Positions 36,855 through 46,093 of a DNA stretch of 64,000 bases are shown here, in pieces. The stretch spans positions 741 through 64,740 of the forward strand of contig JBBTQS010000001.1 in assembly GCA_038065555.1 (NCBI GenBank), read 5' to 3'. Within the stretch, counting starts at the first letter, position 1. Each line of letters begins with the position of its first letter. A model generated the notes under the pieces. That model was not told the origin of the DNA, ran no database searches, and saw only the letters and a program-made list of their open reading frames with translations. A program made the translations under genes and the position numbers. The DNA comes from Patescibacteria group bacterium (GTDB lineage: Bacteria > Patescibacteriota > Patescibacteriia > Magasanikbacterales > JBBTQS01).

Positions 36855-37055
36855 ATGTACTGGAAAGTTTTGGCAACCACCGCACTCCTTTTTGCAGTCC
36901 TTTCTGCCTGCTTTTCTGCATACATTGCGGTAAAAAAATACGATTTAAGCGTACTCGATGCTGCGACAATAAGATGCTCTCAAGCATTCAACGGTGCGAA
37001 TTTAGAGTTCTGTGTAAAAGTCATGGTGGAACAACGTATCTTGATGAATCGGTAG
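36855..37055 (+). CDS. Hypothetical small membrane/lipoprotein-like protein (66 aa), AT-rich island gene 3
   Basis: N-terminal hydrophobic segment ending LSAC. No clear SD. Confidence 0.35.
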   Translation: MYWKVLATTALLFAVLSACFSAYIAVKKYDLSVLDAATIRCSQAFNGANLEFCVKVMVEQRILMNR

Positions 37056-37096
37056 CAAAGGTGACTCACACTTGTGTTTGGGTGTTGACAAACATC

Positions 37097-37126
37097 TTGC
37101 AACCCAGAGTCGACATGGTGTACAAT
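37097..37126 (+). promoter_or_regulatory. Sigma70-like promoter candidate TTGCAA-N18-TACAAT
   Basis: Seen directly. The predicted TSS is near 37134. Confidence 0.35.
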
Positions 37127-37133
37127 CAATACA

Positions 37134-37316
37134 GATCAGTGTGAATTCAATTCTCTGTTTCTAGCCAGAGAGAGCGTCATTCAATCCAATGCACACGGAT
37201 TGACCATCAAGAGTGCTACCTTGCCGAAACGAAAGTTTCGTCAGGTGCTAGAACCACTGCTGACGGACTGTGAAAGCAGACGTAGGCAGGGTAGACGCTC
37301 TTGGTGGTTTTTATTA
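37134..37316 (+). ncRNA. Candidate structured non-coding RNA (identity unknown)
   Basis: No credible ORF. A promoter-like element lies upstream. Internal hairpins include CGAAAC-GAAA-GTTTCG (GNRA tetraloop), TTCTCTG..CAGAGAG and CGTCAG..CTGACG. A long-range closing stem AGAGCGTC(37172-79)/GACGCTCT(37291-98) is followed by UGGUGGUUUUUAUUAU. The segment GUGAAAGCAGACGUAGGCAG loosely resembles the SRP-RNA helix-8 3' strand GGAAGCAGCCAAGGCAG. Confidence 0.3.
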
Positions 37317-37381
37317 TCTGCTTAGCAAATCAGTTCTCTGCACCAGCTGGTCAATGCTAAGTACCAGATAACGAGACACGT

Positions 37382-37546
37382 ATGACAAAGATTTGTCGTC
37401 CGTGGATCACCTTGCGCAACGGGAAGCGGCTTTACGCATCCCAGCGAGGCAAGCGTGTGTTCTGCTTCTTTGTTGAGGACAAAATCCTCGATAAAAAAGA
37501 AGAACCAGTGGTTACCGCCACTGATCCCGCCATTTAGCGATGGTAC
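37382..37546 (+). CDS. Possible small ORF (54 aa; MTKICRPWITLRNGKRLYASQRGKRVFCFFVEDKILDKKEEPVVTATDPAI)
   Basis: ATG-started, basic N-terminus, ends immediately before an intrinsic terminator. Below the 60-aa track cutoff, so found by manual translation. No SD. Confidence 0.25.
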
Positions 37547-37548
37547 TG

Positions 37549-37578
37549 GAACCCCGAGCAATCGGGGTTTTCAGTTTT
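37549..37578 (+). terminator. Rho-independent terminator
   Basis: CCCCGA-gcaa-TCGGGG followed by TTTTCAGTTTTTA. Confidence 0.6.
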
Positions 37579-37764
37579 TATCACCTCTAGGGCGATATGT
37601 CAATATCATACCATACTCACTTGTGGATAGATTGTTATGTCTTGAGGGGATATGTCCTTTCTGACTGGCAGGTTGTTGAAAAAAACACCACCCCGACCAC
37701 CATCTCCCGCGTGAAGCAGAAGTTGGTGATCGGGGTGAGTTGTTTTTCGTTTGGCTTTCTCGAG

Positions 37765-38283
37765 CTACTCCTCGAGCGCACGCGGGACGTCGATGCCCCA
37801 CTGCATCCCGTACCGCCCCAGATCGCCGGTGAGCTGGGTCCACAATTCGTACTCGCCCGCGGGGAACTCGACGCCGCAGTGCTTGAACAGCTCGCGCCAG
37901 GGGGCGAAGTGTCTCTCGTTTCGCTCGTTGGAGAGCTTGATGAGGGACTTCCTCTCACGCACCTCCAACTCGGCCCGTGACAGGGTCTCGAGATTGATCT
38001 CGGGCGGGGTCGTGAACACGTGGTCCTCGCCCACGAGCTGGATCCACCACTGGTCGTGGGAACCGAGCTGAGCCTTCGTCCGGGTGGTCACGACGTAGAC
38101 CGTGTATCCCTCCTGGAGGGCGTACTCCAGCGCCCCGCGGGAGTACATGTTGCTCTCCTTCACGCCGCGGCTCGCCTGCTCCTCCGTCGGCCGGAATACG
38201 GACGCGGGCTCGGAGGGGTGTTGTGGGGTGAGATCGCTCTGAATGTCGCTCGTGGAAAGAACAACGACAGTCTGCTTTGACAT
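37765..38283 (-). CDS. Hypothetical protein (172 aa), GC-rich (about 62%) orphan gene
   Basis: ATG at 38283 with GGAGCGAAGG upstream. Compositionally unlike its neighbours. No recognisable motif. Confidence 0.6.
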   Translation of the reverse strand: MSKQTVVVLSTSDIQSDLTPQHPSEPASVFRPTEEQASRGVKESNMYSRGALEYALQEGYTVYVVTTRTKAQLGSHDQWWIQLVGEDHVFTTPPEINLETLSRAELEVRERKSLIKLSNERNERHFAPWRELFKHCGVEFPAGEYELWTQLTGDLGRYGMQWGIDVPRALEE

Positions 38284-38406
38284 GTACCTTCGCTCCTGTG
38301 GGACTTTGCCCACGGTGATCTTTTCCGCAGGGATTGCAGAAAACAATAAATAATAACACAAAAATGGTCTTTTGTCAAGTTGTTGGGGGTGGTGTACCAT
38401 TGCCCC

Positions 38407-39447
38407 ATGCGTATAGCAGTAGTTGGCGGCGGAATATTTGGTGTAACCGCTGCATACAAATTAGCTGAGGCTGGACACCAGGTTGAACTCTTCGAGAAAG
38501 AGCGCGATATTCTTCAGGCTGCGTCGGGCATCAATCAGATGCGATTGCATCGCGGGTATCATTATCCGCGCAGTAGCGAGACAGTGTTGTCTTGTTTGCG
38601 TGCAGAGCAATCATTTCGTGCGACGTATGCGCCGGCGGTTATCGATGGCGCTGCACATTACTACTGCATCGCGGCACAGGGGAGTCTGGTGAGCGCATCT
38701 CAATTCTTGGATTTTTGTGATACACACGGGCTGGAGTACGCCGAAGAGTATCCGACGTTCGTTGCGCGTGAGAGCGTGGAGCTCTCTGTGCGTGTGAAGG
38801 AAGGGTGTCTGGATCCTGTCGTGCTGCGCGCGCTGTGCATGGAGCGACTCGCGGCACACGGAGTACAAGTGCACTTGGGTGTCGAGGTAACTGCTGCACA
38901 ATTGGAGTCGTACGAAAAAGTAGTCGTCGCAACGTATGCGTCGATCAATGGTCTGGTTCCAGATGGTGTAGGGCGACAGTATCAATTCGAAGTGTGTGAG
39001 AAGCCAGTGGTGCGATTGCCTGAGTCCTTGCGGTCATCGTCTGTAGTTATCATGGACGGACCATTCATGTGTGTGGATCGATATGGGCGTAGTGATCTGG
39101 CACTCATGGGCAATGTTGTGCACGCAATTCATCACACGAATACCGGACTAAGCGCAGTGGTGCCCTCGGCGTTGCAGCCACTCTTGAATCAAGGAATTAT
39201 CACTGATCCACCCGTGACTAACTACGCGGCATTTCGTGAATCTGCTGTGCAGTTCATTCCTGAGATTGCTGAGGCGCAGCACGTCGGGTCGATGTTCACT
39301 GTTCGTACTGTGTTGCCACATCTCGAGGCAACAGATGCACGACCTACGATGGTCGAGTCATTGGACGAACGGACGATTGTTATATTTTCGGGCAAGATTG
39401 GCAATTGCGTGGACGCGGCTGACCAAGTCGTGCGACTTATCGCGTGA
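38407..39447 (+). CDS. FAD-dependent oxidoreductase (DAO-like)
   Basis: MRIAVVGGGIFGVTAAYKLAEAGHQVELFEK is a Rossmann GxGxxG FAD-binding start. Confidence 0.75.
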   Translation: MRIAVVGGGIFGVTAAYKLAEAGHQVELFEKERDILQAASGINQMRLHRGYHYPRSSETVLSCLRAEQSFRATYAPAVIDGAAHYYCIAAQGSLVSASQFLDFCDTHGLEYAEEYPTFVARESVELSVRVKEGCLDPVVLRALCMERLAAHGVQVHLGVEVTAAQLESYEKVVVATYASINGLVPDGVGRQYQFEVCEKPVVRLPESLRSSSVVIMDGPFMCVDRYGRSDLALMGNVVHAIHHTNTGLSAVVPSALQPLLNQGIITDPPVTNYAAFRESAVQFIPEIAEAQHVGSMFTVRTVLPHLEATDARPTMVESLDERTIVIFSGKIGNCVDAADQVVRLIA

Positions 39448-40351
39448 GGCGTTCGATGGTTGCGACAACAGCAGCGCCAAATGTTGCATCTGTGAGCGGT
39501 TGTTTGCGGGTCTGAACACAGCGCAAGAATGTGCGGACCTCTGTCTCGAGTGCCGTAGTCTTTGCAGTGAAGAGTGTTGTAGTGGATTGTGTTGCTTCGT
39601 TCCACGTGTAGAGACTCTCATCGTCCCAAATCAGGAGTTTGCCACTCTTGGTTCGGATGGTGAGGATTTTTTGTTTTGCTCCTCCGGCGGTCTCGCGTGG
39701 GAGGGTGATGCGGTTGGTACTGATGATTGCTTCGCGACCTCCGGGGAATGTGAGGCGTGCGACAATACTATCTTCCTTGGTGAGTGCGCCAAGCGAGCTC
39801 AGGAGTGTCGCGGTGCGTGGCGTGCCCATGAGCAGCTGTGCGAGCGCCACGTCATGGCATGTGAGATTCCAATAGATAGATTCGTTGAATGTGCCCCACT
39901 TGTTCCAGGTGAATTGCGCGTGGGTGACTGGGTCGTTCTTCACGAATGACTGGAGCTTCGTGAATGCTTCGTGATAGCAAAAGACATGTCCGACGTTGAC
40001 GATGCGCTGCGATCTTGTTGCGAGTGCGGCGAGTGTTCTTGCTTCGCGTGCTGTGTTGGTGAGTGGCTTCTCTACGAACACGTCTTTGCCTGCCAGGAGT
40101 GCGGACTTGGTGAGTTCGAAGTGAGTTGCAATGGGGGTAGCAATGACCACGACTTGGATCGAGTTGTCATGCAAAATATCCTGGATGTTCGTTGTTGTGC
40201 GTAGCGCAGGGAATTCGTGTTGCAGCCATTCTTGCGTTGCAGGTGATCCTTGGTGACACGCGGCTACAACGTTGCCATGTTCTGCAAATGTTGCGAGCAA
40301 CTTCTTGCCCCAGCGGCCAACGCCTACAATAGCTATGTTCGGTTTGCGCAT
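39437..40351 (-). CDS. Gfo/Idh/MocA-family NAD(P)-dependent oxidoreductase
   Basis: MRKPNIAIVGVGRWG N-terminal Rossmann fold. Has the EKP motif (VFVEKPL). Confidence 0.75.
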   Translation of the reverse strand: MRKPNIAIVGVGRWGKKLLATFAEHGNVVAACHQGSPATQEWLQHEFPALRTTTNIQDILHDNSIQVVVIATPIATHFELTKSALLAGKDVFVEKPLTNTAREARTLAALATRSQRIVNVGHVFCYHEAFTKLQSFVKNDPVTHAQFTWNKWGTFNESIYWNLTCHDVALAQLLMGTPRTATLLSSLGALTKEDSIVARLTFPGGREAIISTNRITLPRETAGGAKQKILTIRTKSGKLLIWDDESLYTWNEATQSTTTLFTAKTTALETEVRTFLRCVQTRKQPLTDATFGAAVVATIERLTR

Positions 40352-41472
40352 AGAGATGTGATGAGCGCGATGTGCGCGTCGGTGACGGATTCCCAGGGGA
40401 TATCGAGTGGGAGCTGATTCACCATTGCAACGGCAGCTGCGTACGATTCTGGCTCGAAGAATTGCGCAAATGCGCGCTGCATATCAGCAGGGTCCATGGT
40501 GTCGAACAAGTACTGATCAGGGATTTGCACCGAGAGCCCGTGATTCTTCGTGAGTGTGACAGGCTTGCCCAGAGACAGTGACTCGAGGATGAAATTGGGA
40601 TTGAATTCAGTGAGCGCAGGGCCGATGCTCACCGAGGACGAGCGAATACGGTCGAAGAGCGCGGCCTGTGGGAGCGATGGGAGAATTGAGACTGTATCAC
40701 TTGTGTGCGTCTGCGCGATGCGCTCGCGAAGTCGTGATTCGTCTGGTCCTGCACCGATGAGTGTGAGTGTGCCACGGCCGAATTGTTCTCGTAGTGTTGC
40801 AAATACAGAGATCACTTGTTCGAGATTCTTGTAGCGCACGAATCGTCCGGCGAAGAGAATGTGCGGGCCATCAGCAGCAAGTGTTGTGTCGGCAGTCTCG
40901 CGGCGCGACACTGGATTCTTGATGATGGTAATAGAGTCACTAGCAACGCTGAAGTAGCGCTCGTAGATTGCAGCGAGCATGGGTGTGTACGTGATGACAC
41001 GCTGCGCACCACGCAACACGAATCGGATGAGCTTGAATGTGAACGGTTTGTCCTGGAGATGGAGATTCTGTTGGTAGTAGTCGGTGATAGAGATGAACCG
41101 CTTGCCCTTTTCTACCGTGCGTTCCCAGATAGGATCTCCGCCGATGCGGATGATGAACTTCTTGGAGAGTAATGCGGCTGCGATGCGTGCTGGGAGTCCC
41201 GCGGCAGAGGGGTCAAATGCGTAGATCAAATCAGAGCTCCAAGCCGTGCGAATGAGTACGCAAAAATACGCCAACCAGTGCAGTGGCTTGGGCCATCGGC
41301 GTGAGGCGCGGCGCACCTCGAATGGAAATGTGTCAGGTTCAGTGGTGTCACCGTAGGCAACAACCGTGACCGACCAGCCATTGGCCACAGCAGCCTCTGC
41401 GATTTTGCGCACATGAATTGCTGGACCGCCGACATCCGGATAGAAGATCCCTGCTGCGAGTGTAATATGCAT
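40333..41472 (-). CDS. Glycosyltransferase family 4
   Basis: GT-B fold. Contains E..G.P..EA-type C-terminal motif region (NFILESLSLGKPVTLT). The track ORF extends to a non-ATG start at 41520. Confidence 0.75.
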   Translation of the reverse strand: MHITLAAGIFYPDVGGPAIHVRKIAEAAVANGWSVTVVAYGDTTEPDTFPFEVRRASRRWPKPLHWLAYFCVLIRTAWSSDLIYAFDPSAAGLPARIAAALLSKKFIIRIGGDPIWERTVEKGKRFISITDYYQQNLHLQDKPFTFKLIRFVLRGAQRVITYTPMLAAIYERYFSVASDSITIIKNPVSRRETADTTLAADGPHILFAGRFVRYKNLEQVISVFATLREQFGRGTLTLIGAGPDESRLRERIAQTHTSDTVSILPSLPQAALFDRIRSSSVSIGPALTEFNPNFILESLSLGKPVTLTKNHGLSVQIPDQYLFDTMDPADMQRAFAQFFEPESYAAAVAMVNQLPLDIPWESVTDAHIALITSLCANRT

Positions 41473-41537
41473 AGCATTGACGATGGGGGTATCATACCGT
41501 ATCGTGAGACCAGTAATCAACTCGTGAAATTGGATCT

Positions 41538-42665
41538 ATGCGCGTGTTGAGCATTAGTACTGACGCAGAGATTTTGCGTCCGGAGTCGCCCGCAGCGAAG
41601 CGTATGGCAGCATATGCGCAGCAGGTAGAGGCGCTCCACGTCATTGTGTACACCAAATCACGCGACAATGGACCTGCGTGCGTCGAGCACTCGCCGCGCC
41701 TTTTTGTGTACCCGACGCGAACGCCACAGCGATTCGCTTTTTTTCGTGCTGCGTACACCCGCGGTATGCAGGTGTTGCGTGAGGGCGCAGGCGCGTCGTG
41801 GATTCTTACTACGCAGGATCCATTTGAGACAGGATTAGTGGGTGCGATGATTCGACGCTCTGTTCGTATTCCATGGCAAATACAAGTACATACTGATTTT
41901 TTGAATCCTGCGTTTCGAACTTCGGCATTGCAGCGAATGCGTGCGTGGATGGGGCGCGTGCTCATTGCGCGTGCAGACACGATTCGTGTTGTCTCGGATC
42001 GGATCAAGCAGTCGCTGATTGCGGTAGCGCCACATCTGGAATCTCGTATCACAGTATTGCCGATTTTTGTGGATACAGAGGCGATTGCGAAGCATCCCGG
42101 CGTGGTAGATGTGCATGCAGACTATCCAGATCGATTTCCTATTATTCTCATGGCGTCGCGTATTACGAGTGAGAAGCAAATTCCTTTGGCAATCGCTGCT
42201 GTGGCGCGATTTGCTACAGAGTATCCGCGCGCGTTGCTCCTGATTGTTGGAGAAGGAGCTGAGAAGGAGCGATTGCAGTCATTTGTGCGCAACACGGGAG
42301 CACCGGCGGTTTTTGCGCCATGGGTTGACGGCGTATTCACACACTACAAATCCGCAGATATCTTCTTGAACGCTTCGGCGTTCGAGGGGTATGGACGGAC
42401 GCTTGTAGAGGCGCATGCTGCCGGCATGACCATTGTAAGTACGGATGTTGGTGTGGCGCGAGATGTTGTTGCGGCGGATGCTGATGGTGTCGTCGTTGAA
42501 CAGTCGACGGTTGCGTCGCTTGCGGAAGGGTTGCGTCGTGTTACCACACGATTACAAAAAGGCGTGCGGCCCAAGGCCATGGCACGCCATCAAACATTCG
42601 CTCCCTACGTCGAGAAATTCGTTGCGTGCTGGCAAGCAACGTTAGACGCAGCGAACCACAAGTAA
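41538..42665 (+). CDS. Glycosyltransferase family 4
   Basis: GT4 C-terminal motif FLNASAFEGYGRTLVEAHAAGMTIVSTDVG. Confidence 0.8.
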   Translation: MRVLSISTDAEILRPESPAAKRMAAYAQQVEALHVIVYTKSRDNGPACVEHSPRLFVYPTRTPQRFAFFRAAYTRGMQVLREGAGASWILTTQDPFETGLVGAMIRRSVRIPWQIQVHTDFLNPAFRTSALQRMRAWMGRVLIARADTIRVVSDRIKQSLIAVAPHLESRITVLPIFVDTEAIAKHPGVVDVHADYPDRFPIILMASRITSEKQIPLAIAAVARFATEYPRALLLIVGEGAEKERLQSFVRNTGAPAVFAPWVDGVFTHYKSADIFLNASAFEGYGRTLVEAHAAGMTIVSTDVGVARDVVAADADGVVVEQSTVASLAEGLRRVTTRLQKGVRPKAMARHQTFAPYVEKFVACWQATLDAANHK

Positions 42666-43712
42666 TTATTTTTTCTTTGGCGACATAGCGTCGAGCAATT
42701 TGCGCAGGAGGCAATCGAGACTTTCGGTTGCCTCTATTGTTGCGCGTGTTTGTGTTGTGTGACGCTTGCGTGCTTCGGTGGAGAGGGAGAGGATTTGTTC
42801 GAGCTTGTTTGCCATGTCTTGCGCATCACCCTTCTTGAAGAGTGAGACTGGGGGGAGAATGTCGCGCATTGCCGTGTTGGCAACCAGTACCATGCAGCCA
42901 CTGGCGATTCCTTCGATGATTGTTTTGTCGTAGAGCCCGTCTGGACTCATATTCGCAACAATCGCATGGCTCTGGAAGAGTGGCGGTGTGAGGCGATTAG
43001 CAACTGATCCATTGAATTTCACGTATCCGGCGTTCTCCAATGGCTTGGCTTGCTCGCGCAGATGGCGGTAGTACGCAATGTCTTGCACCTGGGCGCTGCC
43101 GTAGATGTCGAGCGTGCATTTGATATCGCGATCTTTGAGTATCGAAATAGCTTCGACGAGAATCTCGAGTTGTTTGATCGGCGCGATGCGGCCGATGCAA
43201 AGAATGGAACTCGGATCAACTGCCGTTGTTGGGTCTGGGTGGAAGAGATGTGTATCCACGCCAACAGGCATGCGTACCGCACGCGTGAATCGTGCGCTAT
43301 ATGCGTGAGGTGAAGTGTGGAAGACGTGGTGCGTGAACCATGACGCAATACGCAGCCGCTTGCCGCCCATGGCGTGGTTGTACCAGAGGAAGACGCGCTT
43401 GCCTGTGAGGCGCCACAGCCATCCTGCGAGCAAAATATATTCTACATTCATGTGCACGAGCACTGTGTCGTAGGTTCCGCGAGCACGCCACAGCGCGCCG
43501 AAGAATCGTCGCAAGTATTGGACGCGCGATCGACGCTCTTCCTTGCCCAGCGAGTAAACTGTCACGTTTGCAGGTACGTCTACCGATCCTTTGTAGAGAC
43601 AAATCACGGTCACATGCTCCACCTGTGATGCAAGTGTCGTGACCCAGCCGTGCATGAATCCGAGAATATCGTCGTCTTGGTCGAGTTTTTGGGTGATGAG
43701 GAGGAGTCGCAT
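42666..43712 (-). CDS. Glycosyltransferase family 4
   Basis: IIEGIASGCMVLVANT resembles the GT4 EX7E region. ATG at 43712. Confidence 0.75.
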   Translation of the reverse strand: MRLLLITQKLDQDDDILGFMHGWVTTLASQVEHVTVICLYKGSVDVPANVTVYSLGKEERRSRVQYLRRFFGALWRARGTYDTVLVHMNVEYILLAGWLWRLTGKRVFLWYNHAMGGKRLRIASWFTHHVFHTSPHAYSARFTRAVRMPVGVDTHLFHPDPTTAVDPSSILCIGRIAPIKQLEILVEAISILKDRDIKCTLDIYGSAQVQDIAYYRHLREQAKPLENAGYVKFNGSVANRLTPPLFQSHAIVANMSPDGLYDKTIIEGIASGCMVLVANTAMRDILPPVSLFKKGDAQDMANKLEQILSLSTEARKRHTTQTRATIEATESLDCLLRKLLDAMSPKKK

Positions 43713-43714
43713 AT

Positions 43715-44869
43715 TCAGGCGAGAAGGGAATGGTAGAGTGCGAAGATGGTGTCTGCTGCATTGTCCCACGAGTAGTCCTTCGCACGCGCAGCGCCACGTT
43801 GGACGCGAGACGCGCGTGGAGCATCATCGTGAAGAGAGGAGAGTATGCCATCAATAATGCTCTGTGTCGATGTTGGGTCAACGAAGAGCGCTGCATCATC
43901 CGCCACTTCATGGAATGCGGGAATTGCTGATGCTACCACTGGTGTGTGACAGGCAAATGCCTCCAAGATCGGCAACCCAAATCCTTCGTGCAGAGATGGG
44001 AAGACCAGCAATTCCGCGCACCCATACACAAGTGGCATATGCTCATCCTTGATAAATGGTGCACGAATGACGTGTGAAGTGAGGTGGAGTTGCTCGATGC
44101 ATTTCGTTACTTGTTGACTATACTCAGGGAGATGGTCTCCACCGACAAGAACAAGGGGGAGTTGTACATTGTGCTGTGTGCGCAAGGTTGCGTATGCCTC
44201 GAGCAGTCGGAGTATATTCTTGTGTGGATCGAGTCGGCTGACACACAACAGATACGCTGATGGCAAAGCGTATTCGTGTTGGAGTGTTGCGATGGCTGCC
44301 GCGCGATCGGTGAGCGGACGATACTGCGGATCCACGCCGTTTGGGATCACGTGGATGCGTGATTCTGGGATGTGATAGGTGCTTGCGATTTCTCGCTTGC
44401 CATACGCTGAGACTGCAAGGAGTGCGTCCATGCGACCGTGCATCCATCGATTAGTAATCTGAAACGCTCTCTCACCTGCGCCAATGGCGTGCAAGCTCTT
44501 CATGATGCCTGCTTCGTGTGGCGTTACGACAATCTTGCGACTGTTGGTGAGGAGATAGGAGGGCCACACACGAGGTTGGAGATAATGCACAATGTCGAAT
44601 CGATTGCCTCGCATCCACTCATGGATCCAGAAGAGGCTCTCATTGATCATGGTTCTCCCTACAGGCCATTTGGTCTGAGGAAATCGCATTTCAGGCCACT
44701 GTGTGTACAGAGGATCAGACGTCTTTTCGTGGTGGATGAGTGTGAAATCAAAAGCACTCGAGCCGCGGTCGAGCCGCTCTAGGAATCGTCGTGCTACGAG
44801 TGCTGTTCCACGTGCAGGACGGTTGTCGATGCAACTGGTGACAAGTCCTACACGTATGCGGTGGTTCAT
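43715..44869 (-). CDS. Glycosyltransferase family 4
   Basis: LVFPSLHEGFGLPILEAFACHTPVVAS is a canonical GT4 motif. Confidence 0.85.
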   Translation of the reverse strand: MNHRIRVGLVTSCIDNRPARGTALVARRFLERLDRGSSAFDFTLIHHEKTSDPLYTQWPEMRFPQTKWPVGRTMINESLFWIHEWMRGNRFDIVHYLQPRVWPSYLLTNSRKIVVTPHEAGIMKSLHAIGAGERAFQITNRWMHGRMDALLAVSAYGKREIASTYHIPESRIHVIPNGVDPQYRPLTDRAAAIATLQHEYALPSAYLLCVSRLDPHKNILRLLEAYATLRTQHNVQLPLVLVGGDHLPEYSQQVTKCIEQLHLTSHVIRAPFIKDEHMPLVYGCAELLVFPSLHEGFGLPILEAFACHTPVVASAIPAFHEVADDAALFVDPTSTQSIIDGILSSLHDDAPRASRVQRGAARAKDYSWDNAADTIFALYHSLLA

Positions 44870-46089
44870 GCGGTATGAGATTTCATGAATTCTGCGATCG
44901 TATCCATCAAGTAGGTGAGATGTGCGTCGGTCATACCGTGGTGGCAGCCGATGAGCATCGCCTGTGTGAGGATCGTGTCGGCATTATCAAGTGTTCCGTG
45001 CACGCGGTGCGGAATATTCTGATACGCAGGATGTCGCAAGATGTTACCGGAGAACAGTACTCGAGTCTGAATCTTGCGTGATTCTAGGAAGCGCATGAAT
45101 GTGGATCGGTCGATCGACGATTCCTTGCGAATGAGAACAGGGAAGGCGAGCCAGCGTACATCTGCACCTGGTAATTCACGCGCAGGCATGAAGTGCTCTG
45201 GATACTGGTTCAGGAATGTCTGCAACGTGGTGTAGTTGTGCTTGCGTGTGACGTAGAACTCCTCGAGTCGTTCGAGCTGCACCAGTCCAAATGCTGCCTG
45301 TAAGTCGATTGGCTTGAGGTTGAATCCGAGTTTGGTGAACATGAATTTGCCGTCGTGTGGCTTCTCGTTGAGTGTGTAGGCAAATCGCTTGTCTGGATCT
45401 TCGTCGAAGTGCTCTGGAAGCGCGCGGCCCCAGTCACGCAACACTTTGCCTTCTTCTGCTAACTTCTTGTCCTTGAACATAACCATGCCACCGCCACCTG
45501 CTGCCGTGATGATGTGTGATGCGTAGAAGCTCGTGGTGCTAGCATCTGCGTACATTCCTGTTGGCTCACCATTGATCGTGCCACCAATGGTGTCGCACGA
45601 ATCTTCGATGAGACGCAAGTTGTGACGATCTGCGATTGCGCGCAGTCGGCGCATGTCGTTGAGGTTACCAACAAGATGTGGAATGAAGAGTGCAACCGTC
45701 TTGTCCGTAATTGCTGCTTCGACTGCATCGATATCTACGTTGAATGTGTCGAGTTCAACATCGACAAAAACAGGAACAAGTCCGAGCTGCAACAGGGGGT
45801 TCACTGTAGTCGAAAATGTACATGCGGGCGTGATCACTTCGCCCCCTGGTGGGAAGTTGAACACGTGTGCAGCGATCAAGTTAGCCGATGATCCCGAGTT
45901 CACGAAAAGTCCTGTTTCTTGTCCAAATTTAGCAGCAACTGCAGCCTCGAATTTGCGGCTGTATTCTCCAGGAACGAGCCAGTCTGATCGCAGTGATTCG
46001 TTGACAGCGGCGATTTCGCGCTCGCCGTACACAGCGCGTGAGTACCAGACCCAGTCTGTGCCAGGGGTGAAAGGTGTTTGTTCTGCCAT
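44866..46089 (-). CDS. DegT/DnrJ/EryC1/StrS-family PLP-dependent enzyme, RfbH-like (NDP-hexulose 3-dehydratase/aminotransferase class)
   Basis: 407 aa. Has the DegT-family N-terminus (SDWLVPGEYSRKFEAAVAAKFG) and the LIEDSCDTIGG motif. Length and context resemble RfbH/DdhC. Confidence 0.75.
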   Translation of the reverse strand: MAEQTPFTPGTDWVWYSRAVYGEREIAAVNESLRSDWLVPGEYSRKFEAAVAAKFGQETGLFVNSGSSANLIAAHVFNFPPGGEVITPACTFSTTVNPLLQLGLVPVFVDVELDTFNVDIDAVEAAITDKTVALFIPHLVGNLNDMRRLRAIADRHNLRLIEDSCDTIGGTINGEPTGMYADASTTSFYASHIITAAGGGGMVMFKDKKLAEEGKVLRDWGRALPEHFDEDPDKRFAYTLNEKPHDGKFMFTKLGFNLKPIDLQAAFGLVQLERLEEFYVTRKHNYTTLQTFLNQYPEHFMPARELPGADVRWLAFPVLIRKESSIDRSTFMRFLESRKIQTRVLFSGNILRHPAYQNIPHRVHGTLDNADTILTQAMLIGCHHGMTDAHLTYLMDTIAEFMKSHTA

Positions 46090-46093
46090 ACAG

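Noticed and set aside
37085-37090. Consensus TTGACA at 37085-37090 as a -35 element
   Set aside because: Its spacing to the only reasonable -10 (TACAAT 37121-37126) is 30 nt. TTGCAA at 37097-37102, with an 18-nt spacer, is the better candidate.
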